Source: Promethearchaeota archaeon (GTDB taxonomy: Archaea > Asgardarchaeota > Lokiarchaeia > Sigyniarchaeales > SOKP01). From it: a DNA stretch of 64,000 nt. Location: assembly GCA_019894975.1 (NCBI GenBank), contig JAGXNO010000001.1, forward strand, positions 128,001-192,000, in the 5' to 3' direction. Position numbers and translations under genes: made by a program. Position 1 is the first letter of the stretch, and the number at the start of each line of letters is the position of its first letter. The notes under the pieces are model-generated. The model made no database searches, was not told the DNA's origin, and worked only from the letters and a program-made list of their open reading frames with translations. Shown one piece after another: positions 19,002 through 29,411 of this stretch.

Positions 19002-20030
19002 ATGGCTAAGGATTACTATAAAACATTAGGTATAACAAAGAATGCTTCAAAAGAAGAAATTAAAAGGGCTTTTCGGAAAATGGCGCGAAAATATCATCCA
19101 GACGTTAATCCCGATGAATCTAAATCAGGGGAGAAATTTAAAGAGATTAATGAAGCCTATAGTCTTCTGAGCGATGATAAAAAACGAGAGATGTATGACA
19201 AGTTTGGTGTCGTAGAAGGAGATCCTTCATCTTATCAACAAGGAAGTAGAAACACTGGAGGATTTGGTAGCAATGGAGGTGGAAGGGGTTACCGAAGCCC
19301 AGATGGAACAACTTACTATTATTCTACGTCAGGTTCACCTGGAGGTTTTGATTTTAACGATATTTTTGGAAATGCTAGGAATTCGAGAGGAGATACTGGC
19401 GGATCTGACTTTTTTAACGATTTGGGAGATATTTTTGATGTATTTAATCGAAAAGGAGGAGGCAGTTCAAGAGCAAGATCATCATCTCATAATAATTTCC
19501 CCCGAGACGGAGATGATTTAAGATATGATCTGGAAATTGATTTCATGGAAGCATTTCATGGGGGAAAGAAAAAAGTTCAATATAAAGATCCTGCATCTGG
19601 ACAAGTTCAAAATTTAAGTATAAAAATTCCGAGAGGAGTTATAGATGATCAAAAATTACGTCTGAAAGGAAAAGGAATGCCGGGAGAAAATGGAGGAAGT
19701 TCTGGAGATCTTTATATAGCTATACATATTAAAAAACATCCTAATTTTGAAAGAAAAAATGATGATATTCACATTCTACAAGAAGTTCCCTTTACTATTG
19801 CCGCGCTTGGTGGTAAAATTCAAGTTCAAGGGATTGAAAAAGCTTTGAATGTATCTATTCCTCCGGGAACTAATGATTCATCATTATTAAGATTAAAAAA
19901 TCAAGGATTTTATAAAATTAATTCAGAACATAGAGGTAATTTATTAGTTAAAATTAAAATAAAGGTTCCCAAAGAAATAAACGGGAACCAGAAAGAGTTA
20001 TTAGTAAAATTACAAGAGGTAGGTTTGTAA
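19002..20030 (+). CDS. dnaJ: DnaJ-family co-chaperone, class B (no zinc finger)
   Basis: J domain with HPD, G/F-rich linker, C-terminal domain; no CxxCxGxG repeats. Confidence 0.92.
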   Translation: MAKDYYKTLGITKNASKEEIKRAFRKMARKYHPDVNPDESKSGEKFKEINEAYSLLSDDKKREMYDKFGVVEGDPSSYQQGSRNTGGFGSNGGGRGYRSPDGTTYYYSTSGSPGGFDFNDIFGNARNSRGDTGGSDFFNDLGDIFDVFNRKGGGSSRARSSSHNNFPRDGDDLRYDLEIDFMEAFHGGKKKVQYKDPASGQVQNLSIKIPRGVIDDQKLRLKGKGMPGENGGSSGDLYIAIHIKKHPNFERKNDDIHILQEVPFTIAALGGKIQVQGIEKALNVSIPPGTNDSSLLRLKNQGFYKINSEHRGNLLVKIKIKVPKEINGNQKELLVKLQEVGL

Positions 20031-20063
20031 AAAAAATGAACGTTAAGGAGGTAAAATTATAGT

Positions 20064-20945
20064 ATGATTGCAAATATAAGTAAACAGTCGAATTTATGCC
20101 CAGAATGTGGAGGTTCAATCATCCTCATTGAGGAAAAGGGAGAAACTGTATGTGGGCAATGTGGGTTAATTATTAATGAGCGATCAATAGATTATTCTCG
20201 TAGTGGAAAACGAGCTTATACAAATCATGAGAAAAATAACCGAGAACAAACAGGTACTCCAATATCTATTATGTTGCCTGATATGGGATTAAGTACTGTA
20301 ATTGATAAGCAGAAAATTAACAATCCTGATTTAAAAAGAGCTGCCAAGTGGAATACAAGAATTACTTGGCAATCCCGTAATCTATTAATTGCGTCTACTG
20401 AATTAAAAAGAATAAGTAGTAATCTAAATTTACCCAATCATGTTAAAGAAGAAGCTATGCGCTTTTATAAAGAAGCCTTTAAGAGAAAATTACTTCGAGG
20501 AAGATCTATTAATGCGATGGTTGCTGCGTGTTTATATATAGCAACGAGACAAAAAGATATACCTAGAACACTTCAAGAAATATTGGAAGAATCCTCAGTT
20601 TCCGCCAAAGATGTAAGACGAAGTATAAGTATTATGGCACGAGAAATGAACCTAAAAACTCAATCAACCGATCCAGTAGCATTAGTTCCACGATATATAT
20701 CAGATTTAGAATTGGATTCAGATATTGAGGCTTTAACAAAAAAAATCTTAACAACCTACATTACCAATTTTTCAATAAGCGGGAAAGACCCAAAAGGTCT
20801 ATGTGCAGGAGCAATCTATTTAGCAAGTAGGATTAAAGACTTGGAACTCACGCAACAGCAAATAGTAAATATGGTAGGAGTGACTGAGGTTACACTGCGT
20901 TCAAGATATAAAGAATTGAAGAATAAGTTAAAAATTAAGGTTTAA
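20064..20945 (+). CDS. tfb: Transcription initiation factor IIB (TFB) paralog
   Basis: CPECGG..CGQCG zinc ribbon, LLRGRSI, PRTLQE, GKDPKGL, VTEVTLRSRYKEL. Confidence 0.95.
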   Translation: MIANISKQSNLCPECGGSIILIEEKGETVCGQCGLIINERSIDYSRSGKRAYTNHEKNNREQTGTPISIMLPDMGLSTVIDKQKINNPDLKRAAKWNTRITWQSRNLLIASTELKRISSNLNLPNHVKEEAMRFYKEAFKRKLLRGRSINAMVAACLYIATRQKDIPRTLQEILEESSVSAKDVRRSISIMAREMNLKTQSTDPVALVPRYISDLELDSDIEALTKKILTTYITNFSISGKDPKGLCAGAIYLASRIKDLELTQQQIVNMVGVTEVTLRSRYKELKNKLKIKV

Positions 20946-21058
20946 AAGAATCTACGCTTTTTTTATGTTTTATTTATCTTCTTTATTTATAGTAAAAAAT
21001 ATATCTTAGTATCATTGTTTTATTTATTTTAAGATAATTTACAATTCAATTGATATTT

Positions 21059-22039
21059 ATGGTATTTTATAAAGAAATTGGTTTAACTAATACACAAGAG
21101 ATGTTTAAAGTTGCCTTGGATAGAAAGTTTGCTATTCCGGGATATAATTACAGTAATTTAGAACAATTACAGGCAATTATTATAGGTTGTGGAGAAACTA
21201 ATTCACCAGTAATTCTTCAAAATAGTCCCGCAGCAGGAGAATATGCAAATCGAGCAATGGTTAGATATTTAGCAGAAGGAGCAGTTGCAATGGCAAAGGA
21301 GCTAGATTATAATATTCCAATTGCATTACATTTGGATCATGGGAATTCCTTTGAATTAGCTAAAATATGTATAGATAATGGTTTTTCAAGTGTAATGTTC
21401 GATGGCAGCCATTTAACATATGAAGAAAACATTAATATAACTAAACAAATTGTAACCTACGCTCATGAAAGGGAAGTAAGTGTTGAAGCAGAATTGGGGG
21501 TTATTGCTGGTGTTGAGGACCATGTAAAAGCAGAAAAAAACCTTTATACTGATCCAGAACAAGTAGAAGATTTTGTAAACCAGACAGGATGTGATTCATT
21601 GGCAATTGCAATAGGCACATCTCATGGTGCTCATAAATTTAAAGTAGAGAAAGAGGAGGATATTCCAGAATTACGATTTGATATTCTTCAAGAAGTGAGG
21701 AAGCGGTTAGGAAGGTTTCCAATTGTTTTACACGGTGCATCTTGCATACCCCAGAAATATGCTAAGATAATAAACGAGTATGGGGGATCATTAACTAAAG
21801 TATTTGGGATTCCAGAAGCTCAATTGAAAAAAGCAACTCAATATGGAATATGTAAAATCAATATTGCTACAGATAGCAGAATGGTTTTTACGGCAATGAT
21901 AAGAAAATATTTAGCTGAGAATCCCGATCAAATTGGTCCGAGAAAATACCTCGGTTTAGCTCGTCAAGAATTTGTAGATATGATTAAACTAAGGAACAAA
22001 GAAGTCCTCGGGTCAGCAGATCAAGCAAAATATATTTAA
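21059..22039 (+). CDS. fba: Fructose-bisphosphate aldolase class II
   Basis: LHLDHG, SSVMFDGSH, AIGTSHGAHK, IVLHGAS, KINIATD. Confidence 0.93.
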   Translation: MVFYKEIGLTNTQEMFKVALDRKFAIPGYNYSNLEQLQAIIIGCGETNSPVILQNSPAAGEYANRAMVRYLAEGAVAMAKELDYNIPIALHLDHGNSFELAKICIDNGFSSVMFDGSHLTYEENINITKQIVTYAHEREVSVEAELGVIAGVEDHVKAEKNLYTDPEQVEDFVNQTGCDSLAIAIGTSHGAHKFKVEKEEDIPELRFDILQEVRKRLGRFPIVLHGASCIPQKYAKIINEYGGSLTKVFGIPEAQLKKATQYGICKINIATDSRMVFTAMIRKYLAENPDQIGPRKYLGLARQEFVDMIKLRNKEVLGSADQAKYI

Positions 22040-22093
22040 CTTATTTATTAATAGAAATCTTAAAAAAAAAGAAAGAAGTGTTATTAATTCTGT

Positions 22094-22846
22094 TTAAACC
22101 TTACTGAATTTTTTATGGATTAAAATCCCTGCGACTACGATTATAATACTAATAATTGAAATGAACAAAAGATCCTTTAAAATATTAAGACTTGTTAAAG
22201 GGTCTCCATTAAATATTGACGTTAGAGCATCTGTAACATAATAGCTAGGTAGGAAGGATGCAATAATTTCTGTAGTGGGAGTTATTGCTATAAAAGTCCC
22301 GAAAAACATCTGGGGGAGTATGAAAATAAATGATATTCCCGTCGCAGCACCAGGGCTTTTTGCTATAGTGGCAGTTATGAGACCTAAACCAACAGAGCAT
22401 AATGAAAGGAAGAAAATTAGGGTAAACGCAAATAAGATTCCTAAGACACCAGTTTCGGGCCTAAATCCTAAGACGAATGATAAAACCATAACTATTATAA
22501 CTTGTAAAACAGAAATTAGCGAATTCGATATTAGGTGACTCCCCATAAATTCACTTGAGGATGTAGGTGTTGTATTTATTCTCTCTAATAATCCTTGTTC
22601 CCTATCAACACTAAAAGACTGAGCTACGGTCATTATTATAAAGATACAAGCATATGTATATAATCCTGGAACCATAACATTAAATTGACTTTCTCCAGGT
22701 ATTTCACTTGGCATGGAACTGAAGGATAGCCCAAACACTAAGGTCAGCACAGCAGGGAAAAGAATCATCATAAATAAATTAGCTGGTTCCCTAATCAACC
22801 TTTTTAACTCCATTTTAATAAGAGCAAATATTCTTTGACTATTCAT
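22094..22846 (-). CDS. ABC-2 type exporter permease
   Basis: About six TM segments, DREQGLLERINTTP; abuts ABC ATPase. Confidence 0.9.
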   Translation of the reverse strand: MNSQRIFALIKMELKRLIREPANLFMMILFPAVLTLVFGLSFSSMPSEIPGESQFNVMVPGLYTYACIFIIMTVAQSFSVDREQGLLERINTTPTSSSEFMGSHLISNSLISVLQVIIVMVLSFVLGFRPETGVLGILFAFTLIFFLSLCSVGLGLITATIAKSPGAATGISFIFILPQMFFGTFIAITPTTEIIASFLPSYYVTDALTSIFNGDPLTSLNILKDLLFISIISIIIVVAGILIHKKFSKV

Positions 22847-23632
22847 CTATATACCCTCCAAAATTCTTCTACCTGTTATTTTCAGAAATACTTCCTCTAG
22901 GTTTTGTGCATCATGTTTTTCCATCAATGTTTTAGGTGGACCTAAAGCTAATAATTCTCCGTAATCGATAATTGCCACATTATCGCTAAGTGCCTCTGCT
23001 TCTTCTATATAATGAGTAGTGAGGATCACCGTTTTGTTTTGTTCCTTAAGAGAGCCGATGAAACTCCAAGTAGCTCGACGGGCTCTAGGATCCATTCCAA
23101 CTGTAGGTTCATCTAAAAAAGCTATCCTTGGATTACTTATTAGAGCAATTAATAGATTTACTTGACGAAGCATTCCTCCACTATATCCTTTAGCCTTTCT
23201 TTTACTCGTTTCTGTAAAATTTAGTGCCTCTAATAGGCTTTTTGTTCGCTCTTTTAGCTCTTTCTTATTCATTGCATACAAATTTCCAAATAACTCGATG
23301 TTTTCTCTCCCCGTAAGAAATTTATAAATTGCAGCATGCTGAGGACACACACCAATTAACTCTTTTACCTTCTTAAGATCTTTTTTTATATCATACCCTC
23401 CAACTAGAGCAGTTCCACTTGTCGGACTTAATAAACCACTTAAAATCTTGATGGTGGTTGTTTTACCCGCTCCGTTGGGACCTAAAAGGCCGAAAATCTC
23501 ACCTTCTTTTACTTCAAAACTTAAATTGTTAACAGCAGTGACATCTTCAAACTTCTTTGTAAGATTTCTAACCGTAATAGCATTAACATCATTAGGATCA
23601 AAAACATCCTCTGGGTAGTTTGATATTGACAT
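22847..23632 (-). CDS. ABC exporter ATP-binding protein
   Basis: GPNGAGKT, YSGGM, FLDEPT, TTHY. Confidence 0.95.
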   Translation of the reverse strand: MSISNYPEDVFDPNDVNAITVRNLTKKFEDVTAVNNLSFEVKEGEIFGLLGPNGAGKTTTIKILSGLLSPTSGTALVGGYDIKKDLKKVKELIGVCPQHAAIYKFLTGRENIELFGNLYAMNKKELKERTKSLLEALNFTETSKRKAKGYSGGMLRQVNLLIALISNPRIAFLDEPTVGMDPRARRATWSFIGSLKEQNKTVILTTHYIEEAEALSDNVAIIDYGELLALGPPKTLMEKHDAQNLEEVFLKITGRRILEGI

Positions 23633-23780
23633 TTTTTTTTAACCTCTTATATTTTATTTCTCATTTTTTAAATTATTGAGAATTAATCTCTGAATAAGGG
23701 TTATCTTAAATGACTTATAATTTTGATGGAGTGCATTAGGGTGAAAAAAAGGGAAGAAAAAACCGGAAAGTGGGCGTTTT

Positions 23781-23798
23781 ATCACCTAGATGGGTGAT
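23781..23798. promoter_or_regulatory. Palindrome upstream of ABC exporter, candidate operator
   Basis: ATCACC-TAGATG-GGTGAT, between Lrp-type gene and ABC operon. Confidence 0.35.
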
Positions 23799-23936
23799 GA
23801 ATGACACCTTCCAAAACAGACGAATTGGGAAAATAGGCTTCGAAATGCTATAAGATAACTTTTAGCATTTTTTATGTATAAATCAATTTTTAGAAATTAG
23901 TGCCCATTTTTATCCTTAATAGGTAAAAAATTACCT

Positions 23937-24911
23937 TTAATCCTCTTTTATTTCTCTTACTTTTTCTTCTAAGTATGTATCCCGCCAAGATGGAAACATT
24001 AAACCATTTACCAATACGGTAACATTAACCGATTCAAAATTCATAGACATTAATGAAGCTTCCAAATTTTGAAGTTCTTTCATTGAGCTAGCCCAAACAC
24101 ACACAAGCATTAGATTCGGGAGATTACTTAAATTCCAAGAAAATAATACTGATTGACTGTGTTTCTTGCGAATTTCTTCTAATAATTGTGATTTATCGAC
24201 TTTAATACTTGTTTTCACTTTTAATATTACAATGGATATAATAACTGCCGATTTATCTGGATACCAATCTATAGAAAACTCAACAAGGTATTCTTTAATC
24301 ATTTTATCTAAATGTCGTCTTACAGTTTTAGTAGAAGCCCCAACTTCATCTGCTATATCAGATATTGGTTTTCGTGAATTATCCTTTAAGGCATTAACTA
24401 TTAAAAAATCTAATTTAGGAAGTTTTAGGTTACCTCTCTCTTCTGAATTATCTGTTTTAGATATTTGAGTTGTGTCTGAGGGAAAAGGTCCATTAGGAGA
24501 AGGAGCAAGACTAACTAAACCAACTTCAAGATCATTTATTCCGCCCTTTTCCCTTATAAAGGAAACTAATGGATCTAACTCATTATGATTCCTAAGGAGA
24601 GCGTGTATATAAAAAAGATGATCACTGGCTTGAGTGACATTAAAGATAGATTCATGTTTTCCGAGCTCTTGGAGTAATCCTGCCTTATTTTCTATTTGTG
24701 AATTCCCAAACATGATAATATGAACAGGATTAGAAAAAATAAGGAAACTCAGTTTTGTATTAAAATTTTGTATTATACGTAAATCCACCATTGACTTTAT
24801 ACGCTTATGTATGGAATTGACACTCATTTTGAACAATTCCGCCAGATCGTGATATGGAATTCGAGAATTTTGTACCAGCATCATACATATCCCGAAATCA
24901 ATTTCATCCAT
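23937..24911 (-). CDS. Lrp/AsnC-family regulator with duplicated HTH+effector modules
   Basis: MDEID..NSRIPY..LA...SVNSIHKRI and LD...LKDNSRKPISDIADEVGASTKTVRRHL. Confidence 0.88.
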   Translation of the reverse strand: MDEIDFGICMMLVQNSRIPYHDLAELFKMSVNSIHKRIKSMVDLRIIQNFNTKLSFLIFSNPVHIIMFGNSQIENKAGLLQELGKHESIFNVTQASDHLFYIHALLRNHNELDPLVSFIREKGGINDLEVGLVSLAPSPNGPFPSDTTQISKTDNSEERGNLKLPKLDFLIVNALKDNSRKPISDIADEVGASTKTVRRHLDKMIKEYLVEFSIDWYPDKSAVIISIVILKVKTSIKVDKSQLLEEIRKKHSQSVLFSWNLSNLPNLMLVCVWASSMKELQNLEASLMSMNFESVNVTVLVNGLMFPSWRDTYLEEKVREIKED

Positions 24912-24963
24912 ACTAATATAGTTGGTACTAGTTATGTTATCAATTTTTCTATTTATGCTATTT

Positions 24964-25233
24964 TTATCCTTTTTGAATAAGAATTCCGGTGCCACCCCGA
25001 GGATAATTGAATTCTATTGCACCAGCATCACAAACTTGAAAACAAGCCCCACATTCTAAACATTTAGATTGATAATCATCCACTAAATAAACTTTTCCTT
25101 CATTTTTGCGCCATAGATTCATAATACATATTATTAAACAGCGGTCACAGTTATTGCATTTTTCCTTATCAAGTGAGATAAAGTTTCCTGTTCCAGAAAT
25201 CCGTTTACTCAAACCTTCAAGCTCAATTTTCAT
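24964..25233 (-). CDS. Ferredoxin, FixX-like
   Basis: CNNCDRCLIIC, CLECGACFQVC, C-terminal YPRGGTG; overlaps FixC-like gene by 4 bp. Confidence 0.88.
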   Translation of the reverse strand: MKIELEGLSKRISGTGNFISLDKEKCNNCDRCLIICIMNLWRKNEGKVYLVDDYQSKCLECGACFQVCDAGAIEFNYPRGGTGILIQKG

Positions 25234-26639
25234 CTATCTCGATCACCTCTTCTTTTCTTTTTTTGAGGAAGCATATCTAAAAGTTTCGGTAGAACTGTCA
25301 TAATTTTCTTTGGATCCATAATTTTATCTAAATCATCTTCAAAAATCTTAGCAACAAGAGGAAAAACATTTTTCATAATAAAAGGTGTTGCTTTTGGCAT
25401 ATATGATTTCACTTGGCTTACTATTTGTCTGACCCGCTTAGCATGGGGTTGGGACCAATCAAATATCCCTCCAAGAAGTTCCATAATCATTGGTACAAAC
25501 CAAGACATTGTTTCTTTAGGATTAAATGGTAAAGCTTTCCAAATATTCCACAACTCACTTCCTGCTTCAAATTCCTCTCCTATACTTGTTTTCTTCCATC
25601 CTTCATCAAATTTTTTTAAAAACTCCTTAGAATAGTCTCCACTTGAAAAGGCTTCAGCTGCGACTTCTGCTGCAATCTTACCAGTAACCATAGCAGGATA
25701 AATACCTTCTGCTTCAAGAGGGCATGGAAAACCTCCTGCGTCACCTATCAATATAATACCATCAGTATGAGTATTATAAGGGTAATCTAACCAAGGAAGT
25801 AAATGGGCTTGAATCTCACGTGGTTTAGCCTCAAGTATTTTTAACAATCTTTGGTAATATTTTAAATTTATAACTTTATTTAAGTAGTACAATGGATTTT
25901 TATCCCACCAATTCATCCAATTTCCAAGTCCCTGATGGAAACCGTCATTAAAAAAGACTTGGTATGATGCTGGAAAATTTGCTCCCCACCAAACTGCTAA
26001 TGTTTCATCCCCCATAATATCATCAATTTTCTCTGGAGGTGCTTGAAAATCGTATTGAAGTGTAAGTGTTACTTGCTTTTGGGTCCATTTTGATCTTAAT
26101 CCTGATTTCTGAGCAACAGTCGAAACAACACCATCTGCACCGATAATTATAGGTGCTTTATACTTCTCACCTTTATCATCAATAACTCCAGATACCTTTC
26201 CATCTTCTTTCAATAGATCTACTATTAATGTAGAAGTTTTTAGTTTTGCTCCTGCATCAGTAGCACACTTCGCAATCCATGGGTCAAACTCACTACGATA
26301 CACATTCATCGTAATCCAACTTTTTGCTGGCTCATATGAGACAGATTCAGTTGGACGAGCCATAATATAACCCGCAACGATGTCCTCCTTGTTTACAAAA
26401 TAGTTTCGAGCAGCTGTTCCCGCTCTCATAGAAGGACATTTTTCTGGTGTTAAATCTTTCATCATTTCAGGAAAATCCCTGAACATTCGTGGTCCTAATC
26501 CACAACCTGAAGAATTCTTATCACCTGGTTTTCTACCACGCTCAAAAAATATGGTGTTTAATCCGTTTTCTGCTGCGACTTTTGCAGCAACAGAACCTCC
26601 CGGTCCCCCACCTACGATTATAATATCATAAGTATTCAT
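25230..26639 (-). CDS. FixC / geranylgeranyl-reductase family flavoprotein
   Basis: GGGPGG, ERGRKPGDKN, GADG, IGDAGG...EGIYPAM. Confidence 0.88.
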   Translation of the reverse strand: MNTYDIIIVGGGPGGSVAAKVAAENGLNTIFFERGRKPGDKNSSGCGLGPRMFRDFPEMMKDLTPEKCPSMRAGTAARNYFVNKEDIVAGYIMARPTESVSYEPAKSWITMNVYRSEFDPWIAKCATDAGAKLKTSTLIVDLLKEDGKVSGVIDDKGEKYKAPIIIGADGVVSTVAQKSGLRSKWTQKQVTLTLQYDFQAPPEKIDDIMGDETLAVWWGANFPASYQVFFNDGFHQGLGNWMNWWDKNPLYYLNKVINLKYYQRLLKILEAKPREIQAHLLPWLDYPYNTHTDGIILIGDAGGFPCPLEAEGIYPAMVTGKIAAEVAAEAFSSGDYSKEFLKKFDEGWKKTSIGEEFEAGSELWNIWKALPFNPKETMSWFVPMIMELLGGIFDWSQPHAKRVRQIVSQVKSYMPKATPFIMKNVFPLVAKIFEDDLDKIMDPKKIMTVLPKLLDMLPQKKKRRGDRDR

Positions 26640-26787
26640 TTGAATTTCAATTTTTAATTTTCTTTGTGGAAAATATAATTGTTTACTAGTGTCTTTCAAT
26701 TATATATAATTTAGTTTTTTTATGAAAATATCTTAATAGATGGAAATATTTTACCAAGCAAATGATTTTAATTAGAGAGAGTTACTC

Positions 26788-28242
26788 ATGAGTGAAGAAC
26801 ATATTTACCAAGAACTAGTTAAAATATGTGGATCGAAATTTGTATCATATCATCCAGAATTATTAGAGAGTTATTCGACAGATTTAAGTTTTATTGAAGG
26901 ATTCATCCCAAAATATGTGGTATGGTTAAAAAAAACGAAGCAAATCGAAAATATCTTAAAATTGGCTAACAATTCTGGATTCTCAGTTATTCCCATAAGC
27001 TCAAGTTCACCCCAACGTTATCATGGAGATACTATTCCCCTAACGGAAAACTCTATTATTGTTGATCTATCTCGAATGAATAAAATCCTAGATATTGATA
27101 GAGAAAATCGAGTAGTTATGGTGGAACCTGGGGTTACGTTTGGTCAATTGATACCAAACCTCCAAAAAAGAAATTTAAAGCTTCTACTCCCTCTTTACCC
27201 TCGAGACGGTAAATCTGTTTTGACAACCGCACTTGAAAGAGTACCAACTATAATCCCTCGATATCAGTGGGATAGTTCTGATCCTTTACTATGTACTGAA
27301 GTTATTTTTGGGACAGGGGACCTATTTAGAACTGGTACTGCTGCAGGTCCAGGTACAATTAAGCAACAAAAAAAATCAGGTCAAGCACAATTAAATCCCA
27401 TGGGCCCAACTCAATTTAGCCCTTTTAGATTAATACAAGGAGCTCAAGGTAGTCTGGGAATTGTGACCTGGGTTACTCTTAAATTAGAATTAATGCCTAC
27501 AGTTCAAAAGGTTTTCCATTTCCAATCTGAAAATATTCAAGATTTATTGAAACTTCAACAGAAGTTATTGAAATATCGATTAGGTAATGAAATGTTTATT
27601 TTAAATAACGTAAATTTAGCTTGTTTGGTTAAACTAGCACCTGAGGATATTGGTAAGTTAAGGAATTCATTAGCTAAGTGGAATTTAATATCAGTCTTAG
27701 CAGGTCGTGGTAAGTTAGCGAATGATAAAATAACATACCAAGAAGGAGATTTGAATGATATATTGAGGGATTTAAAACTTAATCATTTAAAAAAACAAGC
27801 TGTTGTGGGTGAAAATGAAATACTTGATGCGTTAAACAATTCAACTTCTTATCCCTGGAGAAATAGATTAAAGGGAAGCTTTCAAGATATTTTCTTCATT
27901 ACTAATTTTGAAGGGATACCGGAATTTATTACCATAGCAGAAAATGAGATTTCTGAAGATCTTGGAATCTATATTCAAGCTATTAATCAGGGGACCTCTT
28001 ACCACTGCGAGTTTGATATATATTATGACCCTAAAGAAGAGGAAAATGTAAATAAAAAATTTATGGAATTAAGTATTAAACTTATGGACAATGGTGCTTT
28101 CTTTAACAGGCCATATGGTCTATGGGCAAAGGAAGTCTTTAAAAGGCATTTAGATTCAACTCAAATGGCTTTAAAAAAAGTAAAAAAGATTTTTGATCCT
28201 AATAATGTTTTAAATCCTGGAGTTTTATGTTTTGATGATTGA
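26788..28242 (+). CDS. FAD-binding oxidoreductase (GlcD/VAO family)
   Basis: DLSRMNKI, VEPGV, QGSLGIVT, KKIFDPNNVLNPG. Confidence 0.9.
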   Translation: MSEEHIYQELVKICGSKFVSYHPELLESYSTDLSFIEGFIPKYVVWLKKTKQIENILKLANNSGFSVIPISSSSPQRYHGDTIPLTENSIIVDLSRMNKILDIDRENRVVMVEPGVTFGQLIPNLQKRNLKLLLPLYPRDGKSVLTTALERVPTIIPRYQWDSSDPLLCTEVIFGTGDLFRTGTAAGPGTIKQQKKSGQAQLNPMGPTQFSPFRLIQGAQGSLGIVTWVTLKLELMPTVQKVFHFQSENIQDLLKLQQKLLKYRLGNEMFILNNVNLACLVKLAPEDIGKLRNSLAKWNLISVLAGRGKLANDKITYQEGDLNDILRDLKLNHLKKQAVVGENEILDALNNSTSYPWRNRLKGSFQDIFFITNFEGIPEFITIAENEISEDLGIYIQAINQGTSYHCEFDIYYDPKEEENVNKKFMELSIKLMDNGAFFNRPYGLWAKEVFKRHLDSTQMALKKVKKIFDPNNVLNPGVLCFDD

Positions 28243-28372
28243 CCTGAAGAAGGGATTCAAAATTAAATGTTAAGGATTTAAAAGATTTTCATTTTCATAA
28301 ATGTTAAATATTCATTCTTTTATTATAGAGGAGTCTTAATATTGCAATTTTAAGTAATAAAGGCTTTTAATT

Positions 28373-29245
28373 ATGGATCCTACGATTTTTTTAATAGAAG
28401 ATGATGATGTGCTTGTCCAGAATTTAAAAATGTTCATGGAAATGCATAATTTTCAACTAATTTCAGCTTCCAATGGGAAAGAAGGATTAAAACTCCTTTC
28501 AAATCTTAAATAAAACCCAGATGTTATAATTAGTGACATACTAATGCCAGAAATGGATGGATATGACTTCTATATGAAGGTTGCAGAAAATTCAGAATGG
28601 TCAAGAATACCCTTTTTCTTTTTATCAGGAAAAGCTGAACCTGATGATGTAAGGTTTGGTGAAATACTTGGAGCAGATGATTACATCACTAAACCATTTA
28701 AATCTAAAGAATTATTGAAACGAATTAAAAAAACTATAAAAGAGCATAGTAAAATAAGTAAAGATTCCAAGGTCTTAGAAGAGGAATTAAAAGAAATCCT
28801 AAAATTTGAAGAACCATCTCTAAAAAAATATCGGAGAGCCGAATTCTTCTACATATACTATATGGTTTGGAATAATGAATCTGAACCAATACTGAAAGAA
28901 TATTTCCCTAGAAACGAAATTCCTTCACTTAATCTCAAAGATCTCACTTCTCAATTATATTCTACCTTAATTAAAATGTATAAATTCGAAGAACTGTCAG
29001 AATCAAGCCAATTTACTCTGAGAGTAGTAAAAGATTTAGTTGATGCTTATGCGTTAATAGATAAATTGGATACTAAATCCCAAAATGAGGAAGGAACATT
29101 CATGCTTTGTGCAATTACTCCCAATTCGCATTATTTACAATCCCAAATGATAAGAGCTGTGCTAAGTAAAATCGCATCTAAAATAAAGGCGCACAAGGAA
29201 TGGAATATAAAAGATTATTGGGAGTTATTATTAGATATAGAGTAA
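28373..29245 (+). pseudogene. Response regulator (REC + C-terminal domain) interrupted by in-frame TAA at 28511
   Basis: MDPTIFLIEDDD...ASNGKEGL...NLK*NPDVIISDILMPEMDG...GADDYITKPF in one frame; ORF track 28544 start lacks half the REC domain. Confidence 0.85.
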
Positions 29246-29411
29246 GGTATCAATGATATTTACCGTATCTTCTTTTAAATTAAGAATTATTTAAAAAATG
29301 TCCTTGAAATTAGTAATAGATATTATTTTATTCAATTAATAATTACTTTATTTCATTAGGATTAAATGAGTCTTAAAAAGATATTTAATTTTAAGAATTA
29401 CTAGGGGAATT

